From an uncultured delta proteobacterium (GTDB lineage: Bacteria > Desulfobacterota > WTBG01): 64,000 nt of DNA. A program made the position numbers and the translations under genes. The stretch lies in the NCBI GenBank assembly GCA_963793865.1, contig CAWCBP010000006.1:32001-96000 (forward strand). The letters run 5' to 3'. The notes under the pieces are model-generated. The model saw only the letters and a list, made by a program, of their open reading frames with translations. It searched no databases and was not told where the DNA came from. Of this stretch, positions 22,344 to 31,442 are shown piece by piece (positions within the stretch are counted from its first letter, which is position 1; each line of letters begins with the position of its first letter).

Positions 22344-23242
22344 AATTTGCTCAGAGTTCAATCGAAGACACGCAGGCCCTGGCCTTGTGGTATTTTACCA
22401 AGGCATGCAATTTTCACTGCCCGTATTGCAAAATTGGAAGGGCAAACTCCGACCACGGGATTGCGCGGCGCATCAGCACAATGGGCAAAAAATTCATACG
22501 CAGGCTTACCGGCCTTCCCGCAGACCCCCTGGAGCAAAGCGGCAAGATAATTAAGCTGTTAAAAAATGAAGCGGGGAAAAAGTGGACGGTCGGCTTAACC
22601 GGCGGGGAGCCTTTCATGTACCCCCGGTTTGTCCACTTATGCGAAACGCTCACGGAGCACTTTTCCATCTATGTGGATACAAATTTAAGCATCAGCAGAA
22701 GGGTGGCGGAGTTTGCAACAAAGATCAACCCCGACCGGGTGGACTTCCTTTACATATCGACGCACATCGCGGAGCGGGAAAGAAGAAATCAGGTCGATGA
22801 TTTTATAGGCAATATTGTGTTGTTGCAGGAAAAGGGATTTAATTGCAGGGTAAGCTATGTTTTACAGCCGAGCCTGATTTCCAGATTCATGAAGGACCAT
22901 GACTACTTCCGAGAAAAAGGGGTCACAATAATGCCCAAGCCTTTCAAGGGGATGTTCCAGGGAAAACGGTACCCCCAGGCTTATACCGGGGAGGAAAAAA
23001 AGCTGCTTTCAGAATACAACCCCTGTTTCCTTGAGGAAATCCCGGTAAAATCCAGGGGCATCAAATGCGATGCCGGCAGATTATTTATCCGCATATCGCC
23101 CGACGGCAGGGTTACGAGATGTGTCGGTGACAAAACCGTTTTGGGTCACATCTCAAAGGGTGTTACATTTGACAGAGAAGCGCAGCCCTGTCAAATTGAC
23201 ACCTGCCCCTGTTTTGGCCAGTTATATCTCAGACATCATTAA
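22340..23242 (+). CDS. Radical SAM protein with C-terminal Cys-rich (twitch/SPASM-like) domain
   Basis: CNFHCPYC, LTGGEP, C-terminal CDAG..VTRC..PCQIDTCPC; ATGA overlap with GNAT gene. Confidence 0.88.
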   Translation: MKFAQSSIEDTQALALWYFTKACNFHCPYCKIGRANSDHGIARRISTMGKKFIRRLTGLPADPLEQSGKIIKLLKNEAGKKWTVGLTGGEPFMYPRFVHLCETLTEHFSIYVDTNLSISRRVAEFATKINPDRVDFLYISTHIAERERRNQVDDFIGNIVLLQEKGFNCRVSYVLQPSLISRFMKDHDYFREKGVTIMPKPFKGMFQGKRYPQAYTGEEKKLLSEYNPCFLEEIPVKSRGIKCDAGRLFIRISPDGRVTRCVGDKTVLGHISKGVTFDREAQPCQIDTCPCFGQLYLRHH

Positions 23243-23383
23243 TGTGTAGTGCGTCCAAAACTTCTTTACTTATGAAAGGCTCCTGTGCGTTGCGACTACC
23301 ATGCTGGAGAAGAGGTTCAGTGGCTCACAGGGGAGGGGCTTTTTACGCCACAACAATTGTAGCGGTCGCCTGGGTATGAACGC

Positions 23384-24277
23384 ATGCTTATGAACAGTGG
23401 ATTTGATTGGACACGATTCGTTTACAAGGTGAGCCGCAAAGCCGGTAAAATCGGCATTGATAAAGGATTTGCGTATCGCGCCGCCCTTCGCTGGCTCATT
23501 CCCGCAACGGGTGAAGCGCTTGCCATTTTGAAGCAGCGAAAGCTTTTTTTGATCACCAGCACCGGAAGAACAGGAACCGCCTGGCTGGCGCAATTTTTAA
23601 ACAGGCGTGTTGACGGATTGTGCGTCATGCATGAGCCGGTTCCACGGGAAAATCCCTTCCACAGGAAGGCAACTATGGATCCCGCCGAAGCGGAGAAGTA
23701 TCTCCTTGATTTTCGCTTTGGGGAGATGGCCCTGCGGTGTGTTGCCAACAGGGCCAGCATCTATGGTGAAGTCAACAGCCATTTGCGCCGACACATAGCG
23801 GCGTTTAAGAAGCATCTCCCGGCCATGAAAATTATTCATATCATCCGTGACGGAAGGGATGGGGTGCGGTCGGTCATGAGCAGGAGAGCGTATACCCCGG
23901 AGGATAAGGACTACTACGATTTTGTTCCTCCCCGGAAAGACATTGATCCTCATCGGTGGTCGCGTTTTACGCGGTTTGAAAAGCTCTGCTGGCTGTGGAC
24001 CTATGAAAACTCGTACATGCGGGAACATGCCGATGCAACCATGCGATTTGAGGACATCATCGGCAATTACGCCGCATTTGAATCCTTGCTGCTTGCGATA
24101 ACGGATATGAAGTTCAATCTGGAACAGGAGTGGCTTAAATTTGCCGGACAGCCCAGGAACATTACCAGGACATTTCTTTTTCCCAAATGGCCGGAATGGA
24201 GCCGGTCGGATAAAGATACGTTTGTTGCCCTGTGCGGTGAAGAAATGAAGCGGTATGGGTATGAAATAGTTCCGTAA
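23384..24277 (+). CDS. Sulfotransferase family protein
   Basis: STGRTGTAWL (5'-PSB), HEP, IHIIRDGRDGVRS (3'-PB), MRFEDI. Confidence 0.82.
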   Translation: MLMNSGFDWTRFVYKVSRKAGKIGIDKGFAYRAALRWLIPATGEALAILKQRKLFLITSTGRTGTAWLAQFLNRRVDGLCVMHEPVPRENPFHRKATMDPAEAEKYLLDFRFGEMALRCVANRASIYGEVNSHLRRHIAAFKKHLPAMKIIHIIRDGRDGVRSVMSRRAYTPEDKDYYDFVPPRKDIDPHRWSRFTRFEKLCWLWTYENSYMREHADATMRFEDIIGNYAAFESLLLAITDMKFNLEQEWLKFAGQPRNITRTFLFPKWPEWSRSDKDTFVALCGEEMKRYGYEIVP

Positions 24278-24365
24278 TGTCTCGCTGCTGTTGAGTTGCA
24301 CGGCGGCATAATTTTATGGGGTGCCCACGGCAGGCTAAAAAATGCATGGCCTACGCAGTTTTACT

Positions 24366-24394
24366 TTGACATTTTTGAGGAATACCATTATAAA
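24366..24394 (+). promoter_or_regulatory. Sigma70-like promoter
   Basis: TTGACA-N17-TATAAA upstream of the lipoprotein gene. Confidence 0.6.
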
Positions 24395-24471
24395 TAAAGA
24401 TATTAATTGATGGATGTAAGATGGTCGCTTTGTTTGTTAACGGGCAGTACATCTTGAAAGGAGGTAGGGCT

Positions 24472-24894
24472 ATGAGAAGCATGTGGTTCATCTGCGGGGT
24501 TGTCATTCTGGCTCTCATGATTGGTGCCCCAGGCTGCAAGAAATCCGAGGACAAGCCTGCGACGACGATGGAGCAGAAGATTGAAGAACAAGTGGCACCG
24601 GTGGTGGATGAAGCGAAAGAAGCAGTAGGAGAAGCGAAACAGGCGGTGGAGGAAGCTGCTGCCCCGGTTGTGGAGGAGGTACAGGAAGCGGCGGGCGAAG
24701 CCAAGGAATCTATGGGAGAAGCCGTGGGAGAAGTTAAAGAAGAAGCAGGCAAGGCTAAGGAAGCTATGGGAGAAGCCGTGAAAGAAGTTAAAGAAGAAGC
24801 GGACCAAGCTGTGGAAAAGAGTGGCGAACTCATGGATAAGGCGGCGGTCGAAGCAAATAAACCCATGGAAGCTGCGCAGCCGGAGGCGGAATAG
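24472..24894 (+). CDS. Acidic Ala/Glu/Lys-rich repeat lipoprotein
   Basis: AGGAGG RBS; lipobox APGC; 18-aa repeats AGEAKESMGEAVGEVKEE/AGKAKEAMGEAVKEVKEE. Confidence 0.8.
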   Translation: MRSMWFICGVVILALMIGAPGCKKSEDKPATTMEQKIEEQVAPVVDEAKEAVGEAKQAVEEAAAPVVEEVQEAAGEAKESMGEAVGEVKEEAGKAKEAMGEAVKEVKEEADQAVEKSGELMDKAAVEANKPMEAAQPEAE

Positions 24895-25045
24895 TGTGAC
24901 ATTTATAAATCTGTTTTTTTAACCCTGACCCGGCGGATGTAAAGGAGGTGATGAAATTCCTGGATTGTTACGGCAGATGTGAGAGCGACAGTTGATTGTC
25001 AGGTTGGTTAACATTTTATGATGTGATGAGAAAGGAGGAGGTACG

Positions 25046-25711
25046 ATGAAAGTATTTGCGAAGGTGATGGTCTTAATTCTGATAGTTGTGATGGCCGCCG
25101 GTTGCTCGACGGCGTCCAAACGGGCAAAATGTATAGCTGCCGGTGCCGTAGCGGGTGCTGCGGTGGGAGCCGGCGTTGGTGCCGTTGTCGGTCACCAGGG
25201 CGATGAGGATACCGCGGAAGGCGCCGCGGTCGGCGTGGCAGCAGGCGCGCTTGTCGGAGGAATAATCGGTGCGATCGTGTGCAAGGATGAAGAACCGGCA
25301 CCCCCGCCGCCACCTCCGGCGCCCGAGCCTGTGGCAGAAGAACCGCCGCCGCCGCCCAAGGTGGTTGAAAAGATCGTTCTCAACGGCATACAGTTCGATT
25401 TCGACAAGGCGGTCATTAAGGATCAGTATTTCCCCATCCTTGATGAAGGAATTGCCGCTTTAGAAAAGCATTCCGAGAAGAACGTTGCGGTTGAAGGTTA
25501 TACCTGCAGCATCGGCACCGAGGAATACAACCTGCGTCTCTCTGAAAAGCGGGCGGAAGCAGTGAAGGCCTATATGGTGGAGAAGGGAATTGTCGCCGAC
25601 AGGCTGAGCACGACGGGATATGGCGAAGCGAACCCCGTTGCCGACAATGCCACCCGTCAGGGCCGGGAAATGAACCGCAGGGTTGAGTTCAAGGTCATGA
25701 ACGGCGAATGA
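25046..25711 (+). CDS. OmpA-family lipoprotein with glycine zipper
   Basis: Lipobox AAGC, Gly-zipper, Pro linker, FDFDKA, YNLRLSEKRA, NRRVEF. Confidence 0.92.
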   Translation: MKVFAKVMVLILIVVMAAGCSTASKRAKCIAAGAVAGAAVGAGVGAVVGHQGDEDTAEGAAVGVAAGALVGGIIGAIVCKDEEPAPPPPPPAPEPVAEEPPPPPKVVEKIVLNGIQFDFDKAVIKDQYFPILDEGIAALEKHSEKNVAVEGYTCSIGTEEYNLRLSEKRAEAVKAYMVEKGIVADRLSTTGYGEANPVADNATRQGREMNRRVEFKVMNGE

Positions 25712-26142
25712 TGAGTGCGGCCATGAGATCCCTCGTTGCTGTTTATGCGGTGGCCCTGTGCCTCGGAGTGCTGGTACCACATCCTGCGCTGTATGCGATG
25801 GATGAGAGCCGGGACGTGGAGGCGAGCTTTCAGCTTTTTAATCAGGAGTGGATGGAGCATCTGTATAGCCGGGAAGAAAAAAGCAAGATCAATATTTCCT
25901 GCAGGAAGGTTGATGATGCCTTCGTTGCTGAATATACCGGCTACAGCAGAACCTATAGCGGAAGAACCAAAAAGACTGCAAGCAAAGAGACTCCCTATGT
26001 GGGGATCCTCAATTATCAGGAGCAGACCTTTGTCAGTAAGGCCAGGACCTATGAAGAAGCGGTCAACGGGCAGTTCAAGCTTCAACAGGAATGCCCGGTA
26101 ACCGAGATCTTCTCATTTTCCAGAGGCAAGTGGCGCTACTGA
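25708..26142 (+). CDS. Exported hypothetical protein
   Basis: Signal peptide; overlaps ompA stop; followed by terminator. Confidence 0.7.
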   Translation: MMSAAMRSLVAVYAVALCLGVLVPHPALYAMDESRDVEASFQLFNQEWMEHLYSREEKSKINISCRKVDDAFVAEYTGYSRTYSGRTKKTASKETPYVGILNYQEQTFVSKARTYEEAVNGQFKLQQECPVTEIFSFSRGKWRY

Positions 26143-26193
26143 CGGGTTTTGCTGTCACATAAACGGTAAAGAGGAACGTGGAAGGACTGTATA

Positions 26194-26233
26194 TACAAAA
26201 TGGCTTCCTGCTCGGCAGGGAGCCATTTTTGTA
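26194..26233 (+). terminator. Rho-independent terminator
   Basis: aaaatggcttcctgc...gcagggagccattttt. Confidence 0.8.
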
Positions 26234-26336
26234 TTACACTCCCTTGTCCCTTCGGAGCGCGTCCCTCCATGCGTCCTGTTTTCATGTTAAGCGTAAATTG
26301 CGACACAGTCTCCATGGGAGATGAGGTAAAAAAATT

Positions 26337-26374
26337 CCCTCTCCCCAGCAGGGGAGAGGGTTAGGGTGAGGGGG
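26337..26374. repeat. CCCTCTCCCC...GGGGAGAGGGTTAGGGTGAGGG palindromic repeat element
   Basis: Direct sequence; a widespread REP-like class (recognised from memory). Confidence 0.65.
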
Positions 26375-26411
26375 TACCATAAATCTATTTTCGTGTTACA
26401 GGGGTCGGAAA

Positions 26412-27413
26412 CTACGGCCTGGTGGTGTTGAGCCCGACAAACGTGCCCCCGTTTCGCTGGCAGAGGACGCGCATCAGGGCGGCAAAGCGAACTCCCGTAT
26501 TCATCTCATCGCGGATGTCTTTGAGCACCGTGGGAAATCCCACCGCGTGGATCCTCACCCGCCGCGCCCCGGTTCTGTCCGCCTTGTTTAACCGGTCCAC
26601 GGTGTCGATTGCCCCCTGCATGTCATAGCCGCTGAATTCGTCGCCGAAGACATAAAGGCTGATCTTCCTGCCGGGATCGTAATAGGTGGAGATGGCCTCG
26701 TTGATCCCTTCCACGGGGCTGCTGTTGCTGAAGGGTGTCCAGCCGCTCAAGGTGTTGATGATCACCTTTCGGCGGCCCGGGGTGTCGGGGATCCAGCTGC
26801 CGCGGTACTCGGGAAACAAATAGGTGCCTTCGTCGTTCATGACCTGGATGCCCTTGACCCGGGGGTAGACGTCCAGCGTTTCGCGGAGCTTTTTCTGCAG
26901 CAGCTGCCAGGCATTGCGCTGCATGCTCCCCGAGGTGTCGATGATGAAAATGATATACTCGCTGTCGACGGGGATGCCTCCCACCGAGCCGTCGCGCGCG
27001 ACCGGCCGGTCCTTCTGCAGCCGCTTCATCTCCTCGGTAAGCTCCTGCTGGGCCTGAGCGAGCTTGCCCTCAATGGTGTTTTGCACCGCGGCATTTTGCT
27101 GTGATGCCGCAAACTCCCCCTGTAATTTTGAGAGGTCTCCCTGGAGGCGCGCCAGGCTCTCCGTCTCCCGCGAGAGCTGCTCTTTTTTCCCTTCCAGCTC
27201 ACGATTGAGCACCTGCACCTCGCCCCGGATGACATGCAGCTCCTCTTCACGCTTGGCGATGAGGGCCGTGAGGTCCCGGCGCAGTTCTTCAATCTTGATG
27301 GGCTGGCCGAATTTCGACAGCACAAAGAGAAGAATAATGGCGCCGAAGCCGCAGCAGATGCAGTCCAGAAAGGAGAGGCTGAATATCTCGAGTTCTCTTC
27401 TTCGTCTTTTCAT
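26412..27413 (-). CDS. ExbD-like TM anchor + coiled coil + vWA domain protein (B)
   Basis: MKRRRR..FSLSFLDCICCGFGAIILLFV, long heptad stalk, MIDAS IFIIDTSGSM..FGDE. Confidence 0.8.
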   Translation of the reverse strand: MKRRRRELEIFSLSFLDCICCGFGAIILLFVLSKFGQPIKIEELRRDLTALIAKREEELHVIRGEVQVLNRELEGKKEQLSRETESLARLQGDLSKLQGEFAASQQNAAVQNTIEGKLAQAQQELTEEMKRLQKDRPVARDGSVGGIPVDSEYIIFIIDTSGSMQRNAWQLLQKKLRETLDVYPRVKGIQVMNDEGTYLFPEYRGSWIPDTPGRRKVIINTLSGWTPFSNSSPVEGINEAISTYYDPGRKISLYVFGDEFSGYDMQGAIDTVDRLNKADRTGARRVRIHAVGFPTVLKDIRDEMNTGVRFAALMRVLCQRNGGTFVGLNTTRP

Positions 27414-27452
27414 GGGTTTTTTAAATGTGCAGCAAGCAAAATGCATGAGCCG

Positions 27453-27502
27453 GTAGGAGCACCTTCAGGTGCGATGTGATCGCGGCATAGAGCCGCTCCA
27501 AC
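27453..27502. repeat. GTAG-type REP-like doublet
   Basis: gtaggagcaccttcaggtgcgat..atcgcggcatagagccgctccaac; similar to 2494-2544. Confidence 0.65.
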
Positions 27503-27535
27503 CATTCATGCGCCACTGTTTTTTTTAACAACCTG

Positions 27536-28627
27536 TTAGGGCCAGTCCCGTGAAGGAGAAAAAAAGGAGCCCCCGGTTGCCATGGCCAGTCGCCAGAAGG
27601 CGCTGGCGGCGGCCGGGTCTCCTTCCATGTGATACAAAATTATATTTACCGGGACCTGGGGCGGGAGCTGGCGGGTTGCTTCGTTAAACAGGGCCAGGCG
27701 CTTTTCTCCGGATACCTTTTTGCCCCAGGGCTTTTCCCTGCCCATGGTGGGCAGACCGTCGGTGAGCAGAAAGATGTTGTCGGGCGGCGGGGACATGGCT
27801 CGCGCGGCAGCAACGGCATTGGCGAGGCTGGTTCCTTTCTGCGGCACCATCAGGTGCAGCCGGTTGACTATCTCATTGAGCTGCGGGGCATTGTTGCCGT
27901 CCAGCCACTTTCCTTCGGTTCCCTCCAGGACAGGGGCAGCGGTTTCATTAAAGCTGTAAACCTGGTACGAGCCGGTGAGAGGAAGCTGGGTGGTCAGCCA
28001 GTCGATGGACTTCACTGCATGCCGCCACTTGGCCGCCTTTCGCTTGTCCCCATCGGCCATATTCCTTTTGCGGATGATGCCCACGATGGTATCATCAAGC
28101 ATGCTGGCCGAGGCATCGACGAGGATGAAGACCCTCTGGCCGCCCATTTTGACGCCCGTCAGGTACTGGCGGTCACCCTCCCCGGTGAATTGCCTCACCT
28201 TGGAGCCGTGGTCATCGCGGGAGGTGCTCCCGCCTTCGAGCCGCTTGAGCGCCTCCTCCTTCGCCTTGAGATCCGCCTTCAGGCGGTTGATGTGTTCCCT
28301 GGAGGCGAGGGTATCGTTGTCGTAACTGGAAAGCTCGGTCTTTTTTTCCTTAATGGTTTCTATAACCCTGCGCGAGAGCCCCTGCGTTTTGACCAGTTCC
28401 TCCAGCGTCTGCTCCATTGTATTGCGGGCTTCCACCAGATCCTTTTTCCCCTGGAGCACCTCTTTTTCCATCCGGTCAACTTCGCTTCGGACTTCCGAGG
28501 TGATCTCGCTCCTGCTGGTCACGCTCCTGGCATTCACAATCACAAACAGCAGGAGCATCGCACCCAGACCGCAGGTAATGCAGTCAATGAAGGAGATGCT
28601 AAATACGGTTACGTCTCTCTTTTTCAT
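27536..28627 (-). CDS. ExbD-like TM anchor + coiled coil + vWA domain protein (A)
   Basis: MKKRD..FSISFIDCITCGLGAMLLLFV, coiled coil, MIDAS FILVDASASM..GTS..LTDGLP. Confidence 0.8.
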   Translation of the reverse strand: MKKRDVTVFSISFIDCITCGLGAMLLLFVIVNARSVTSRSEITSEVRSEVDRMEKEVLQGKKDLVEARNTMEQTLEELVKTQGLSRRVIETIKEKKTELSSYDNDTLASREHINRLKADLKAKEEALKRLEGGSTSRDDHGSKVRQFTGEGDRQYLTGVKMGGQRVFILVDASASMLDDTIVGIIRKRNMADGDKRKAAKWRHAVKSIDWLTTQLPLTGSYQVYSFNETAAPVLEGTEGKWLDGNNAPQLNEIVNRLHLMVPQKGTSLANAVAAARAMSPPPDNIFLLTDGLPTMGREKPWGKKVSGEKRLALFNEATRQLPPQVPVNIILYHMEGDPAAASAFWRLAMATGGSFFSPSRDWP

Positions 28628-30029
28628 CGGCGCCCACACAAGCGATCAGTTTGAGCTCATCTGAGTGCGTTCCCACCCGGATTTTCTGGCCCAGCCTGAG
28701 GATGCTGGTTGTTACAATCTGCCGATCATCCACAAAGGTGCCGGCCGGGCACTCATTGACGAGTACGATATCATCCCTTTCACGCTGAATGGTACAGTAG
28801 CGTTGAGAGAAACCTGAAGGGTTGCTGCTGATGCACAGGGTGGTCTCACCGTCATGGTTACTCTGACCAATGATGAGAGGCTCAGCGGTAATGGGGTAGG
28901 CACAATCATCGTGCAGGATATGATTGGGCTGCATGATGGCCCGGACAGGTGGCGTGGGGGCATGGCCGCCGGCTGATTTGGGCGGCCAGGGGCGGCTGTT
29001 TAAAAGTGTGATACCCTGTCTTTCGTGCTGGCTGGTGAATCGGTCCCGCAGCTTGAGTAATCCCAGGGCACCCGATCCCGGCGCAAGTTCAATGATGATG
29101 AGACCGGGTATTTTGCATAAGGATTCTTTGAAGCCGGGCAGGTGACTGACGCGTTGAGTGATCTGAAGAACGGGGGCTTTTTCATGGAAGCCTGAACTGA
29201 GAATCATATCCTCGATGATCCGGCGCACCTCTGAAAGCACGGCTTCGGTTTTTTGAGCAAAAAGGTCATGGGTTAAGGTTGCGCGGTGGCTGTGTGCCCC
29301 GGCTTGTAAGGTAAATGTCGTGGATGAATGCGGCTGCAGGCTTTTAATTGCCGGGGGAAGGCGGTTGTACAACTCCTGTTCGTATGCGGCCTGATCAAAG
29401 GGGTCAAAACGTGTTGTTCGCACAAACTCGTCTGCAACCATCTTCACCCATTCCGTGTACAGATAGTTGAAACCTCTAGCCGGAATAGTCTTCACTTCTT
29501 TCTGGATAAGGCGGTCACCCTGCTCGAGAAAGGTTATTTCGATCCGGTGCAGGTGAATGTCCAAGTGCAGGAGGGGGTGCTGAGGATGGGGGGCCGACGA
29601 TCCTGCCAGTGCGATCGAGGCAAATCCTTTGACGGGTATGGACAATTCATCCGCAATCCCTAATAAGAGACCCAGCTGATGCGGGGTATAAAAACCGGGG
29701 GCAGCGATGACAACCTCGTCTGCTTTATTCCTGAGGATGTCCCATAGCTTTGACAGGTGACGATATGCCAGCTCCGCATAGGTTTTCCCTTCCAACCCCG
29801 GCTGTTTAATCGGTTCAGTGCTCAGCTCGTCCCAGAAACGATTGTTGTATGAGCGGGGATTGAGACGAAACCTGCTTAAGGCATCTCGTCCCATGATTAG
29901 TCCATCGTTGGTGCTTAGGGCAAAACCGGGGCTTGATTTTTCTGCCCCATCTGTGTCGAGGAGCAGTGGCGGATCTCCTGCAGCTGCCATTATGCCGGCG
30001 TCACTCAACTCGATTCCCAGCAGTGTCAT
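28599..30029 (-). CDS. Degenerate Hsp70/actin-like ATPase fold with C-terminal FHA-like domain
   Basis: LGIELSDAG (cf. GIDLGT), VVIAAPGFY (cf. VITVPAYF), LLHLDI; C-term IIGQ..SQRYC..AGTFVD..LRLGQKIRVG. Confidence 0.65.
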   Translation of the reverse strand: MTLLGIELSDAGIMAAAGDPPLLLDTDGAEKSSPGFALSTNDGLIMGRDALSRFRLNPRSYNNRFWDELSTEPIKQPGLEGKTYAELAYRHLSKLWDILRNKADEVVIAAPGFYTPHQLGLLLGIADELSIPVKGFASIALAGSSAPHPQHPLLHLDIHLHRIEITFLEQGDRLIQKEVKTIPARGFNYLYTEWVKMVADEFVRTTRFDPFDQAAYEQELYNRLPPAIKSLQPHSSTTFTLQAGAHSHRATLTHDLFAQKTEAVLSEVRRIIEDMILSSGFHEKAPVLQITQRVSHLPGFKESLCKIPGLIIIELAPGSGALGLLKLRDRFTSQHERQGITLLNSRPWPPKSAGGHAPTPPVRAIMQPNHILHDDCAYPITAEPLIIGQSNHDGETTLCISSNPSGFSQRYCTIQRERDDIVLVNECPAGTFVDDRQIVTTSILRLGQKIRVGTHSDELKLIACVGADEKERRNRI

Positions 30030-30040
30030 GATCTATGCTC

Positions 30041-30844
30041 CTAACGGGCGTGGAGACGACTGATGAGCTTCTCTTCGCAGTAGGATTCCGTGTCCAGCAC
30101 GTACCGCTCCTGCAGAAGCTGAAGCTGGTGCAGGAAAAACATGAGCACAAGGCTGATAAGCAGGGCGATCAGGGTCGAGTTGAATGCCGTCCCCAGGCTT
30201 TTGGTGACATCAAAAATATCTCCTTCAACCGCTCGGTGGGCATAGCCCAGCGCCAGGCTGATGCCCCGTACGGTGCCCAGAAAGCCGATGGAGGGAATGG
30301 CCCACAGAACGTATCTGATCATGGAAAGCTCGGAGTCCAGGCGATCTCCCTCAGAAGCACAATAGGCATTGGTGGCATTGGATACATCCTGGATGTTGCG
30401 GGTTGAACTGAAGCGCTGCAATGCGGCAAGCAAAACCCGGGAAAGCAGAGCACCCCTCTGAACCGGCGGCAATGACTGAATCTGCCTAGAGATGTCGTGG
30501 ACATCCTCAGGCAATATTTTCATCCCCTCAGCCATGGGTATCAGGTCCTCCTGCAGCAGGGAGCGATTTCTGGTGATTACAATGCCTTTGTAGATCATGA
30601 TGGCCAATGCCCAGAACATGAGAATGATTTCTGTCTCCTGTTCATAGTCAACCAATACCACGTAGACGGACTGCTTGGCTACGTGCGATGGGTCCTGCTT
30701 CATCAGGGCAGCCTGTTCGGCCAGAAATGCATCCGAGGCAGGCCAGATTATCCCCACGTATACTGCATGCACCAGGATAACGCTGATGATGAGCGAGAAG
30801 ATCTGGTAGAGAAACTCAAAGGTGAGGGGAGAAGAATTTTTCAT
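30041..30844 (-). CDS. MotA/TolQ/ExbB proton-channel family protein
   Basis: WAIPSIGFLGTVRGI and LGTAFNSTLIAL motifs; extra N-terminal TM helices. Confidence 0.88.
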   Translation of the reverse strand: MKNSSPLTFEFLYQIFSLIISVILVHAVYVGIIWPASDAFLAEQAALMKQDPSHVAKQSVYVVLVDYEQETEIILMFWALAIMIYKGIVITRNRSLLQEDLIPMAEGMKILPEDVHDISRQIQSLPPVQRGALLSRVLLAALQRFSSTRNIQDVSNATNAYCASEGDRLDSELSMIRYVLWAIPSIGFLGTVRGISLALGYAHRAVEGDIFDVTKSLGTAFNSTLIALLISLVLMFFLHQLQLLQERYVLDTESYCEEKLISRLHAR

Positions 30845-30879
30845 AGGAGGATCCTTTTGTGCGAGAGATGAGCTGTTAG

Positions 30880-31075
30880 TGATCTGCGATGTGGGATGTG
30901 AGATGTGAGATGAAAAACCAAGAAGTGCGATCTGTGATGCGCACATATCTGAAGATATCTTGCTCCTTATACGTTAGCAAGCTCATCATATCGCCCTTTG
31001 CCTCGTTTCTATCGCATATCGCAGACTCCCACATCGCAGATCACATGATCTCCATATCACACATCTCACATCCCC
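30880..31075. repeat. Degenerate 7-mer tandem repeats arranged as inverted arms
   Basis: Left (GATGTGA/GATCTGC)n, right (CACATCG/CATATCG/CACATCT)n. Confidence 0.8.
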
Positions 31076-31076
31076 C

Positions 31077-31421
31077 CTATATATCCGCCGGGAAATCCAC
31101 CGCCTTGTCGGCATCAATCTGTTCAGAAGGCACAAAGTTTTTCGGGGGCGATTTTTTATCCTTCTGCTCAGGCGCTCCCGTGGTTTGTTCTGTCGTTTGG
31201 GATGCGGCATCCTTCTTCCCGGATGCCGGCTCTTTTCTGTCGGGTATGGTGGTTTGAGCGCGCTGGGCCAGCAGGTCCGGGTGACGCGCTCCGCCGGTGC
31301 GAATGATGCCGGTTTCCGTTCCGATGGCAGGAAACCGGACCGCATGGCTTGCGTCCCTGAACGATAACCCGGGCAGGCCCGTGCAGCAGAGCAGATAGAG
31401 CATGATTATGGTATAGCACAT
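31077..31421 (-). CDS. Small exported hypothetical protein
   Basis: Hydrophobic N-term, disordered middle, C-term FVPSEQIDADKAVDFPADI; in operon; start uncertain. Confidence 0.65.
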   Translation of the reverse strand: MCYTIIMLYLLCCTGLPGLSFRDASHAVRFPAIGTETGIIRTGGARHPDLLAQRAQTTIPDRKEPASGKKDAASQTTEQTTGAPEQKDKKSPPKNFVPSEQIDADKAVDFPADI

Positions 31422-31442
31422 ATTGATTTATTTTCTAAAGGA

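Noticed and set aside
26412..30844. Zorya defence system, flagellar stator or ordinary TonB/Tol system
   Set aside because: Partner subunits carry vWA rather than OmpA-like or ExbD domains; no long ZorA tail, ZorC/D/E, TonB, TolA or TolB nearby.
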